NCBI GenBank assembly: GCA_009859145.1
Contig: VRVR01000021.1
Span: forward strand, 9,507-73,506
Source of the DNA: Andalucia godoyi And28
Taxonomy: Eukaryota > Protista > Jakobida
Reading direction: 5' to 3'
Length of the DNA: 64,000 nt
The notes under the pieces are model-generated. The model had not been told where the DNA came from. It did no database searches and was given only the letters and a program-made list of their open reading frames with translations. Within the stretch, counting starts at the first letter, position 1. Every line of letters starts with the position of its first letter. Of this stretch, positions 50,022 to 59,375 are shown one piece after another. The position numbers and the translations under genes were made by a program.

Positions 50022-51047
50022 ATGTTTTCTCGCAAGACGCACACAGCCATTCCGTCTTCGGATGATGACGGAATCACGGAGGCAAGCTCAGGCCCAGGCT
50101 CGGGCTCGGGTGCCGCAAAACTCCACAGTTCACCAACGCTGCTTTCAAACTTGTTCTTTCCTGGACTGTATGTTTCGTTGTGGGTTGTCCAGACGCTGCT
50201 TATCAAAAGCGCACAGGTGGCCGGTGCATATGCGTTTGATGTGTTTGCAATGACACTGCTGACAGAAGCAGTCAAGTTTGTTCTCACATTTTTGTACTTC
50301 TCGTTCTTTGAAGGCGAGGCTCCTTCTGTTTCAAACACAATCCGCACTCTACGATCTTCGTCACATATGGGCGTCAAGTACTGCATCCCCGCCTGCATTT
50401 ACTCCGTCTACAATGTACTTGTCTTCGTGAATTTGCTCGCGTTCGACCCAGGCGTCTATCGAGTTCTCATCAACATCCGTGTCGTAACGTCGGGACTCCT
50501 GTTTCAGTTCTTCTTTGGAAAGCAGCTGGGACAGCGAAAGTGGATTGCACTGCTCATTCTGACATTTGGATGTGCAATTGCAAAGTATGAATCGTTCTAT
50601 CTGGATTCGGCTTGGCCGCTTGTTGTGCTCCTATTCCAAGCTGGACTCTCGTCGTTGGGAGGCGTGTCGAATGAGTTCCTGTTCAAAAATGAGCCGTCTG
50701 TCCATTTCGCTGTGCAGAACATGTGGCTGTATGGAATGGGAACTCTGTCGAATTTGATAACTGCAATGATCATCCGCGGTCCAGACTCGGTGCTCTCTGG
50801 TTCTCTCTTCAATGGGTTTGGCACCACCGCAGCGGTGATTGTCTTTTTCTCGGCACTCGGCGGATTCTCAACTTCGTTTTTGCTAAAGTTCATGTCCGTG
50901 ATCGCAAAGGAATTCGCCAACGGCGTCGAAATGGTCTTCGTTGCTGTTGCATCGCATTTTCTTTTCGATACCCCGCTGCAGGCAAATCTTCTTGTGTCTA
51001 TTGCCTGTGTCTGGATCGCCTTGTACACATTCAATACTGCGACGTGA
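50022..51047 (+). CDS. Nucleotide-sugar transporter, SLC35A family
   Basis: EAVKF, PACIYSVYN, YRVLINIRVVTSG, LSSLGGVSNEFLFK, QNMWLY; multiple transmembrane helices. Confidence 0.88.
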   Translation: MFSRKTHTAIPSSDDDGITEASSGPGSGSGAAKLHSSPTLLSNLFFPGLYVSLWVVQTLLIKSAQVAGAYAFDVFAMTLLTEAVKFVLTFLYFSFFEGEAPSVSNTIRTLRSSSHMGVKYCIPACIYSVYNVLVFVNLLAFDPGVYRVLINIRVVTSGLLFQFFFGKQLGQRKWIALLILTFGCAIAKYESFYLDSAWPLVVLLFQAGLSSLGGVSNEFLFKNEPSVHFAVQNMWLYGMGTLSNLITAMIIRGPDSVLSGSLFNGFGTTAAVIVFFSALGGFSTSFLLKFMSVIAKEFANGVEMVFVAVASHFLFDTPLQANLLVSIACVWIALYTFNTAT

Positions 51048-51187
51048 GTTCTGTGACTCGTTTCTCTTTTTATTATTTTCGTCATCATTCATCATTCTGC
51101 TAAACAGGAAAAGAAGATAAACAATCAAGACAGAACGCATATTTTTTATTATTAGTACTACTAGAATTTTTTTGGGGGGATGCGTCA

Positions 51188-51442
51188 ACGCCTACATTGT
51201 ACACTAACCACGGATAACCATCGCTGATCACCCATAATCAATGCTGCAACCCAACAACATGCATAATGCAACGCGGCGGCGTGTTTATAGGGATTTCATG
51301 ATCAAAATGGGGCGAAACGAATCGGGCATCGTGTGACGGAGGTGCTTAGATAGCAAACGCATGCGCATGGCGTGTGGCAGTGTTTTTTTGTTTTTACGTG
51401 CGCTTTAGATTGCTTCATCATATCGCAATTAGCGGCAGCGGT
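51188..51442 (-). repeat. Dispersed intergenic repeat family 2, copy B
   Basis: Inverted, about 98% identical copy of 24147-24401. Confidence 0.97.
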
Positions 51443-51548
51443 ACAAACAGCAGCACTCAGCATACATCTAATATACACTTTGCTGGACGTTGGATAAAGA
51501 AGACGAGACGGAGGGAAAAGATGTGGGAAGCGAGTGTGCTTTCGGTCT

Positions 51549-53561
51549 TCAGACTTTTCTCTTTGCAGTACCGATCTCACAGGCATTCACTTTGGCACCG
51601 AATCGAAGCGAGTTAATGGTCTCCGGGATGGAGCCCTCAGCAGGACTGACGCAAAGCATCATGAGCGACTTTGCGGAGCCGCCAAGAGAGTTCTGCAGAA
51701 GATGGGTGAGTTTCGAATTTCGATAGGGAACGTGCTTGTCCTTGTTGGCAAGAGCGTGGATGACATCGCCGAGGCACGAGAGAGATTTGTTGATATGCTG
51801 CGTCTCCTTCAGTCGTTCTCCTGTAGACCCGGAGGAGTTCAGGCGCTCGGAGCCGGCAAGATCAATCAGGTTGAGAAGACCATCGCGGTGCTCTCCGGTG
51901 ATTGCATTGTCTCCGACGATGTGCAGCTGAAAGACAGAGTGCGAACGAGATGATCGTTCGTTGCACAGCGTTGCGGAAACAGTTCTGCTCTGAGAAGCCT
52001 TTTCCAACAGTCGGAACACATCGCTGGGCTGCATGACATCCTGGATCGACAGCCCCTCTACATAGACCGACCCAGTGCGTTCGTGACGAATGTCCATGTC
52101 GGCAGCCGTGGACGCCGGGACGAGCAAGTCGCGGATCGTCTCGTTGTAAATCTCCAAGTACGAGGCAGAAAACTTGAAGTTCCAGCCGCGGTCGCCAAGC
52201 GCTGCAGCGGTGGAAAACACCTGCGCAACCGACTGCGGGATCATTCCAGGATCTGCCGTGCTGCCTTCCATAGTATGAGTCTTTCCGGAGCCAGTTTGTC
52301 CATATGCAAAAATGCATACCTTGTACCCGTCCAATGCGGACTGCACCAGCTGAGAAATCTCTCGAAACACCTCTTGCTGCTTGCTGTCGGATCCGAAGAC
52401 GCGGTCGAACTGGAAACTGTACTTCTTCAGTTCGGAACGCTGACCATCTGCGCTTTCGCGAGCAACACCATCAATTTCCATTGTGCGCGAATCGGTGCCA
52501 TCAATCATGCGGAGTGCATCATGGGGAATTTCGGCCCCAAGGAACGGTCGGATCCGACAGAACACACGGACGTTTCCCTTCAGTTCTAGGATGGTGTTGT
52601 GAAGCTGCGAACGGATGGCTTCGTCTTCGTGTCGTCTCTTTTCCAGGAAGGCGATCTCGCCCTCACGATCCGCCAGTTTCTTTTCCAGTTCCGCAATCTT
52701 TGCAGCACGAGTGCTGTTCTCTGCTTCGGTGTTGGAGAGCTGGGTACGCAGCAAGGAAGTCTCCTGTCGAAGAGCTTCCGACTGCGAAGTGAGCGTTGCA
52801 ATCTGGATCCTCAGTCCTTGCGCCTCCGCTCTGAGAACCTCATTATCTGCCGACGACTTTTTGAGCTGCTCATCGGTGTTTCTCAGCTCTCTTTGAGCAC
52901 GATCGAGCTCGTCCATGAGCTGGTTTCGAACACGACGGATCTCGTCTTCAAAGTTGTTGCGCAGTCCTCGTGTTTCTGAATCGTGGCTCTCCCGCATCAT
53001 CCTCATTTCCCGCATCACATTCTCAAAGCTGTTTTGCGTGTCTGAAAGCTGACTCTGCACTGCATGTGATGCCGATACTGCAACTTCCAAATCTGGAATC
53101 TTGGCTGCGAGCTCCTTCAGCGTCTTGATTTCTGCAAGCGCATCCTCCAAGCGGCCCTTCGTGTCCCATGCAGGGCGCTTTGCGGCTGGCGCAGCGGTCG
53201 GAATGCTCGACACCGCCACCACCTTCTTTTCCTCCTTGTCTACAGAAGCAGCCGAAACACTCCGTTTCATCGGAGGCTTTGCAGTGCCCGTCGTGCTGTT
53301 CGTGGTCGCTGACACAGCGGGAGTCGGCGTTTTCTTCACAATCACAGTCGTCCGCGTTGCCCCAACCGCAGTCTTTGGCCGTACCGTTGCAGCTTGCGGA
53401 GCCGTGTTCTCATCTGAACCCGCACCCAAACCAGCACTCGAAACCCCAACCGTGGACGCCGACTTGCCAAGAACTTGTGACGAGAAAATCTTGGGCTTTG
53501 GAAGCTTGGACTCAAGACCCTTGCTGTTCACACTCGACGCACTCAATGGACGAGCCGACAT
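51549..53561 (-). CDS. Kinesin-14 (C-terminal motor, KIFC1/Kar3/Ncd type)
   Basis: Neck ELKGNVRVFCRIRP, P-loop GQTGSGKT, SSRSH, DLAGSER; N-terminal tail and coiled-coil stalk. Confidence 0.95.
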   Translation of the reverse strand: MSARPLSASSVNSKGLESKLPKPKIFSSQVLGKSASTVGVSSAGLGAGSDENTAPQAATVRPKTAVGATRTTVIVKKTPTPAVSATTNSTTGTAKPPMKRSVSAASVDKEEKKVVAVSSIPTAAPAAKRPAWDTKGRLEDALAEIKTLKELAAKIPDLEVAVSASHAVQSQLSDTQNSFENVMREMRMMRESHDSETRGLRNNFEDEIRRVRNQLMDELDRAQRELRNTDEQLKKSSADNEVLRAEAQGLRIQIATLTSQSEALRQETSLLRTQLSNTEAENSTRAAKIAELEKKLADREGEIAFLEKRRHEDEAIRSQLHNTILELKGNVRVFCRIRPFLGAEIPHDALRMIDGTDSRTMEIDGVARESADGQRSELKKYSFQFDRVFGSDSKQQEVFREISQLVQSALDGYKVCIFAYGQTGSGKTHTMEGSTADPGMIPQSVAQVFSTAAALGDRGWNFKFSASYLEIYNETIRDLLVPASTAADMDIRHERTGSVYVEGLSIQDVMQPSDVFRLLEKASQSRTVSATLCNERSSRSHSVFQLHIVGDNAITGEHRDGLLNLIDLAGSERLNSSGSTGERLKETQHINKSLSCLGDVIHALANKDKHVPYRNSKLTHLLQNSLGGSAKSLMMLCVSPAEGSIPETINSLRFGAKVNACEIGTAKRKV

Positions 53562-53931
53562 GATTCTCTCGTAAGCAAACCAAAATCTTTAATTTTTTTC
53601 AAAGAATAACGAATTTAGTTTCAAAAGAAGATGATGATGCACAGGAACAGGAAGAGGAAGAGGAAGAAGCGGCGGGGATGGAATGAAAGAACAGTTACGC
53701 GTTTTTCGTTTTCGATTTTTTTGGGAAAAAAATATTTTAACGGTGTTATTGAGTCGCTTGAGGCATCCAGCATCGAGTCTCCCGAGTTGAAGCTACGAGT
53801 CCTATTTCCAACAAGCGTTTTGGGAACTCCTGTCTCTCTTTTCCTTTTTTCTTTTTTTTCTTTTCTTTTTTTTCTTTTCTTTTTTTTTTGAGGGGAAGGG
53901 AGGCTAGGGGAGGGGAGGGGGTTCATACTTG

Positions 53932-54837
53932 ATGAATCGTGAGATCCAAAATATCCAATGGCTTGTGTCGGAGATCAAGCGGAGCCCGAGTCTGATTGTT
54001 GATGAAGCCGAGAGGCAGTCATCATCGACTGCAAGCGTTTGTTCGGCTCCGATTTTGGTTCCGGTTCCGGATGTGGCGCGTCTAGCGACTACCGGAGAGA
54101 AGGTGAGTGCGGTGCAGTCGTTTGTGGATGGGCTGCAGTACAACTTCACGGGCCACGGGTTCTTCAACCTCGGGAAGAAACGCTCGGTTTCGCATATCCT
54201 CATGGAAGGCAGAGCGATTGCAAAGGAGCAGCTTCCGATAAAGTGTCTCGAAGCTGTTTTTGTGTCGCTGTATTTGACCAGGGAGCTCGGAACAGAGATT
54301 GAACGGATTCCAGTTGCTTTCAAATCGAGAATGGATGGCCATGTCCATCGACACATTGTACTGGCTGTGGTCGACAAGGCTTCCAAGAAATGGGGTTCGC
54401 TGGGTCTCTCCAGACGCCCTGAACTGGGCTTCAAGCCACTTGCATTCGACTCGCTCTGGGCTCTGATCCTCGACTATGAAGCGTCGTATGCTGCGAACTT
54501 CCACACTCTCAGAAGATTCAAACTTGGTCTGCCCGTTCCGTTCGATACGTACTCCAAGGCACAGATTGTATGGAAGTATCTGACAGTTCCGCTGCATCCG
54601 TTGCGCGACGCAGACAGCTGCAGTACCCTACTCCACCGCGAGAATGTGTCGCAGATCTGCCAAGAGTACTGCAATCAGTATGCCGAGGCCGTCTCTCAGT
54701 ACACATCTACAGGGATCGTCGACCGTGCGTGGACCAAAGAGCTGCAGCATCGGTTTGCCCTCAATCTGGAAGCTGAAATCAGCGATCAGGATCAAGACGA
54801 CGCAGAAGATGCTCCAGAAGGAAGCTCCGCGCAATAA
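53932..54837 (+). CDS. VASH: Vasohibin-family tubulin detyrosinase
   Basis: LQYNFTG, LPIKCLEA (catalytic Cys), FKS, HRHIVLAV (His), GSLGLSRR..L. Confidence 0.9.
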   Translation: MNREIQNIQWLVSEIKRSPSLIVDEAERQSSSTASVCSAPILVPVPDVARLATTGEKVSAVQSFVDGLQYNFTGHGFFNLGKKRSVSHILMEGRAIAKEQLPIKCLEAVFVSLYLTRELGTEIERIPVAFKSRMDGHVHRHIVLAVVDKASKKWGSLGLSRRPELGFKPLAFDSLWALILDYEASYAANFHTLRRFKLGLPVPFDTYSKAQIVWKYLTVPLHPLRDADSCSTLLHRENVSQICQEYCNQYAEAVSQYTSTGIVDRAWTKELQHRFALNLEAEISDQDQDDAEDAPEGSSAQ

Positions 54838-55229
54838 ACAAATCCTTCTACACTGTCTCGCAAACACCGTGCTGTATCATGCGGCACGCCTGGATAGTGG
54901 ACTACCCACAGACCCAGAAATCCAGAGGACGAACAAGAAACGTCATCATCATCATCACCAACGCACTGCTGCTGTAAGACCTTGTACGCGCAGTTCGTTC
55001 GAAGTTGTTTTCAGATCAGCGAAACTCGGTCAGCTCTGGATTTCATTATTCATTAATTGCGTTTCGTACTGTTTTTTATTTTATTTTATGCTCTTTTTTT
55101 TGTTTTTGTTTTGTTTTTGTAAATTCCTTTTTCTTACATATTTAATTGCTTCCCTCTGAATCCTTATTATAACCTGTCTTCGGTTTCTGTTGTTTCTGAT
55201 CGATAAGGCTGTTAGACGGTGGGACAGGA

Positions 55230-55931
55230 ATGTCAGGAAGACAGCCACAGAAGCACGCAAAGCCGAAGAAACGCAATGTGCCCGAAGAAATCAAGTTTGA
55301 TGCGGCGTCGCGAACTGCGTTTGTGAATGGATTTCGAAAGCGCAAGAACGAGCGTCGAGAAAAGGCGAAAGCGCAAGAAGACTGGAAAAAACAGCAAGAA
55401 GTTCGCGAGAAACGCAGGGAAAAGAGACAGAGCTTGAAAGAGCGTGCGGAGACGATTACTGTTGCGTTTGATGACGACGAGGATTCGAATGACGACAAGC
55501 TGATGCAGAATTTGCAGTTTCCTACGGTCGAGGACGGCGATGACGACTCGTCGGACGAAGACGGTGTGACAAGTCTGAATATTCGAACAGACGTGGCCGA
55601 AGCTGGATCCGTCGAAGAACGCAGCAGGCATCACGAGAATGGCGATGTGAGTCGGACCGCGGACGAGGACGAGGATGGCGAGGATGCAGATACAAATTCT
55701 TCGTATTCAGAAGTTACGATTGACGCGATGCCGCTTGAAGACGAGTCGTTGAAACGAAGTAGAAAACCTATCCAAGTACTTGGTCGAGGACTGCAACAAG
55801 AGGAAGAGGAGGAGGAGGAGGAGGAAGAAAACAGACCGGCGAAAAAGATCAGGTCGACGGTTCGGCACACATTGTCGAAGCCAAGCAGGTATCTTCGCGC
55901 AATCAACGGCATGTTCAAGGGTGTATTGTAG
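55230..55931 (+). CDS. Nop25/Rrp17/NOL12-like nucleolar protein
   Basis: EIKFDAASRTAFVNGFRKRKNERREKA matches the Nop25 domain; acidic and basic tail. Confidence 0.8.
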   Translation: MSGRQPQKHAKPKKRNVPEEIKFDAASRTAFVNGFRKRKNERREKAKAQEDWKKQQEVREKRREKRQSLKERAETITVAFDDDEDSNDDKLMQNLQFPTVEDGDDDSSDEDGVTSLNIRTDVAEAGSVEERSRHHENGDVSRTADEDEDGEDADTNSSYSEVTIDAMPLEDESLKRSRKPIQVLGRGLQQEEEEEEEEEENRPAKKIRSTVRHTLSKPSRYLRAINGMFKGVL

Positions 55932-56087
55932 ACTATCAAACAAGAAAACGGCAACTTCAATAAACACACAGCAAAAATAGGTGTATATATCATTCATGCA
56001 CACTGCAGAGAGCAAGACGTGTGGATTTTATCATGATCTACGTCGACAGAAGGCGGGGCATTCACACCAAAAATAAGAAAGGGAAAA

Positions 56088-57551
56088 TCACTCGGCCTGG
56101 TCAATGTCAATGTTGATGCTGCCTCCCTTGCGCTCCGACGCAGACCACGAAGAGAGCGCGTTCATGACGTCAATCCCGAAGGAAAAGTGCAAGTCTCCCT
56201 TGCGAGCCGCCGACAGGGACTTTGAAAATACCCCCAGCGATATAAGCCCAGACTTTCCGACATACCATGCAGAGCGCAGAGCCACGCCCTTTTCTGAATC
56301 GAAACGAGCAGCAATGTGGTGAAGCACACTGTCTTCGGGACCTTCTACAAGTGCGCCGCATGCGTACGAAGAACACAACACGGGATAGTCATACAGAAAC
56401 TTCGTACTCAAGGACACCTTGTAGGCGAACGGGATCGTCGAAACCATCGCGGCAGACATGGATCCCAGTGCAGAGCCGAACCAAGAGAAGGTGTACTGCG
56501 AGTCGGCGACGCACTTTGCCCATTTCTGCAGCGCTGGTCTTTTGGGAACCCACAGCTTTGAAAGAAATGGCAAGGGCGGCGAAATAGTGGTTTGTGGAGA
56601 GGACGACCGAGGTCGCTGCTGGTCATGCTGCTGCTGCTGCTGCTGATGATGATGATGATCTGCAAAGTCGACGTGCGTGTGGTTTTGATGTACGCGTTGA
56701 GTCCCAGAAAGCGGAGCGAAGGGATATTCCATGCGATGCTTCCAGCGAGCTGCAGACACTCCATGGTCGGTAGAGTACACAAACCCGAGTCCAAGATTTG
56801 GATTTTCCGAAACCAGTGAGTAAAACGCCTCGCCACCAAACAAGACCTTGCCGACTCGGTGTGTCACATCCACTCCAACCGTCTTCTCAAACGACGTGGC
56901 TCGTGCGGTGAGCTGCCATCTGGGTCGCTGGTACTGAACTGCGAAAACGGTTGTTGGGTCGTACGAATTCGGGGGCGATGGCACCAGCATCCGTACTTCA
57001 TCCACAATTTCCTCCGCAGCTGTTCCTTCTCTCATACGCAAATGATCTGCATCACGACGCGCAGAATGAACAATTGCAGGCAGCATGTCCATTCGGTGAA
57101 ACTCTATTTTCCAGCGCGGATTCCGAGCCAGGTGCCAAGTCTGGACCGTGGATCCATCCGGCGAATACTGTGCACCAATGTCCAAAAACCCCTTGTCAAA
57201 CACCGCATCCAGCGCAGTATAGTACAGCTTAAACGCATCCTTTTGCTTCTTTGGAACAGAATCTGCAGAAACATTCGCACGGACAAGAGACGAGATCACG
57301 AGGTCTTCTGCACGCAGTGGCCACTGATGCGAAGTCACGGAATAGACCGACTCGCGATGCACTCCTATGGACGTGTTCGCCTGGCGCCACTGGACGGAAC
57401 ACACCGGAGGCCGAAACGACGAGCGATTGTACTTGTCTAGCCGAGGCTTGGGTGGGATTCCAAATATGCGACTCGCGCCTTCGAGATCAAGAACTTGGCG
57501 AGACCGCTCGTCAATATCAAAGAATCGCGGACACGGACCGGACTCTTGCAT
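56088..57551 (-). CDS. Mitochondrial outer-membrane beta-barrel, Mdm10-like (ERMES/SAM) within the Tom40/porin superfamily
   Basis: SRQVLDL, GGEAFYSL...LGLGFVY, SLSTKFLYD...SSYACG and IAARFD...GVAL occur in the order of fungal Mdm10 motifs; alternating beta-strand patterns. Confidence 0.5.
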   Translation of the reverse strand: MQESGPCPRFFDIDERSRQVLDLEGASRIFGIPPKPRLDKYNRSSFRPPVCSVQWRQANTSIGVHRESVYSVTSHQWPLRAEDLVISSLVRANVSADSVPKKQKDAFKLYYTALDAVFDKGFLDIGAQYSPDGSTVQTWHLARNPRWKIEFHRMDMLPAIVHSARRDADHLRMREGTAAEEIVDEVRMLVPSPPNSYDPTTVFAVQYQRPRWQLTARATSFEKTVGVDVTHRVGKVLFGGEAFYSLVSENPNLGLGFVYSTDHGVSAARWKHRMEYPFAPLSGTQRVHQNHTHVDFADHHHHQQQQQQHDQQRPRSSSPQTTISPPLPFLSKLWVPKRPALQKWAKCVADSQYTFSWFGSALGSMSAAMVSTIPFAYKVSLSTKFLYDYPVLCSSYACGALVEGPEDSVLHHIAARFDSEKGVALRSAWYVGKSGLISLGVFSKSLSAARKGDLHFSFGIDVMNALSSWSASERKGGSINIDIDQAE

Positions 57552-58355
57552 CTCACGCCACTCCCTGCCTCTCAAAAACGAACCTGCCTTTTTACGTACC
57601 GGTATGGCACACCGACACAAAGATCAACTGCGGCCTGATGATGCGCACGCACGATTAAATTTTTTTATAAAAAAGTAATTAAATTATTTAAAATAATAAT
57701 TAAAAAAACCAATTGCTGCAGCCTTCCGACCCCAATCTCGCCAGATTTTTCTGTCGCTCCCGCAGCTGTCTTGTGCGGAATGTTTTTGTTGTTGCTATTG
57801 CTGTTGCTGTTGTCACGTTTTCAAAACACGCTTTCAAATCGGCAGCAGTACCAATCCAATGAGTACTTTCATATTTTATTAAACCAATGTTACTATTTTA
57901 TTATTTGCGGCACTAAGGGCGATTGGCAGCGGGATGGGCTTCCCATATTGGAAGCCGGTCGTGTTTTTCTCTACAGCAGGAGCCTTGTGACCGTTGACAG
58001 CTGAAAGGATGCCAGTAGCATCGAGCACGAAGCGGGGCAAGCAGGCAACCGGAATTGAGAGGCCAAAACCTCGAGGAGGGTGGAAGGGTGCGGCTTGTAA
58101 AGAACGTGCCACTCCTTGATCTTGGGCTACAGTGACCGGGCGTCGTGCGCGTCTTCTGGACAAACAGAAAACATCTGTCTTCTGCGGCTCTTTGTTGTGA
58201 GACAGCAACAAGTTACAACTCTCCCGCCCCTGGCCGCAGAACAACGGTACCGCATAGCAAACACAGGCTCCTATCGACCAGAAGGATCAATTGCTTCGCT
58301 ATTCCAGCAGATAAGTTCGTTATCCGGTGGACAATAGACAAAAAGAACCAGGGGG

Positions 58356-59003
58356 CTATCGTGGATTTGCAAGATTCCGAGGTGATTCTCGATGACCATG
58401 ATTACTGTTATTACTGTCACTACTGTTATTACTGTTATGATGATGATGATGATGAAGAACATGATGTGGATGCTGATGATGATGATGAAGATGTTGGCGG
58501 CTGTGGTGATTGTTGTCTGCAGCGTATTCTTGTATGGAGTCCTCAGTTCGCGGAAATGGGATCTCAGCGACTTGTCGTGGTGTATGTGGCGGGGCGTCGA
58601 AATTCTGGAGATCCAGCTGCTGGACGGGCTTCAACGGACAGAGATAGTCCATGCACAAACGGATTGATCGGCGTGCAACAGCATACCAAACGACTCCGAA
58701 CGCCGCGAGATTGAATGACTCTTGGGAGTCCAGAAAGCGGGAAGTGCGCATAAGCACGAGTGACGCCGAGACTTCGGTCGCGGTAAGCAGCATTGGGCTG
58801 AGAAACTGGCCAGATACCAGCCAGTCGATTACAACATACAGCTGGAAACACAGCAGAATGAACCGATAAGACCGGTACTTTGTCCACAGTGCTCGCAATG
58901 CATAGTCGCGGACTTGGCGAAACGGGCCCAGAAGCATTGCCGTAAGAACCGCATCCAGAGCCAGTCCAACATACAGCAGCGACAACCGCATGCCAATCAT
59001 CAT
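58356..59003 (-). CDS. BAP31/Yet-like three-TM ER membrane protein with His/Asn-rich tail
   Basis: Three hydrophobic segments; RFLDSQESFNLAAFGVVWYAVARR resembles BAP31 KLFRAQRNLYIAGFSLLLSFLLRR. Confidence 0.48.
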   Translation of the reverse strand: MMIGMRLSLLYVGLALDAVLTAMLLGPFRQVRDYALRALWTKYRSYRFILLCFQLYVVIDWLVSGQFLSPMLLTATEVSASLVLMRTSRFLDSQESFNLAAFGVVWYAVARRSIRLCMDYLCPLKPVQQLDLQNFDAPPHTPRQVAEIPFPRTEDSIQEYAADNNHHSRQHLHHHHQHPHHVLHHHHHHNSNNSSDSNNSNHGHRESPRNLANPR

Positions 59004-59375
59004 CACCAACACCCGCCTACCCCCAAAAAAAAAACAATTCAGACAAACGACGACCCCAACCACAACAACCAGAAGAGAACACGAAGAGAGAAAGCAAGGA
59101 TGGGGGGGAGCAACACATTGGGGGAACCAAAACACATCCGCAGGCAGCAATCGTAAAAAAAAATAAAAAAATAAGCATCAAGCCCAAGTGGCTGATGCAA
59201 GAAAGCTCTTCCCACGAACAGCGCAGCCTCAAGTGCGAAAATGAAAGACAAAGCAATAAGGTCATTTAAAAAAGGCTCGCCTCCTTCTTTTGATTTTTTA
59301 TGATTTCTTGTTTTTAATTCATTAATATTTTTATATTCTTTTTATACATATTTGGCGTGCTTTTCTTGTGCATTG

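Noticed and set aside
51549-54837. Kinesin-14 and vasohibin as a microtubule gene cluster; TGT and TRM1 as a tRNA-modification cluster
   Set aside because: Adjacency of one pair in a gene-dense genome is expected by chance, and TGT and TRM1 are 46 kb apart
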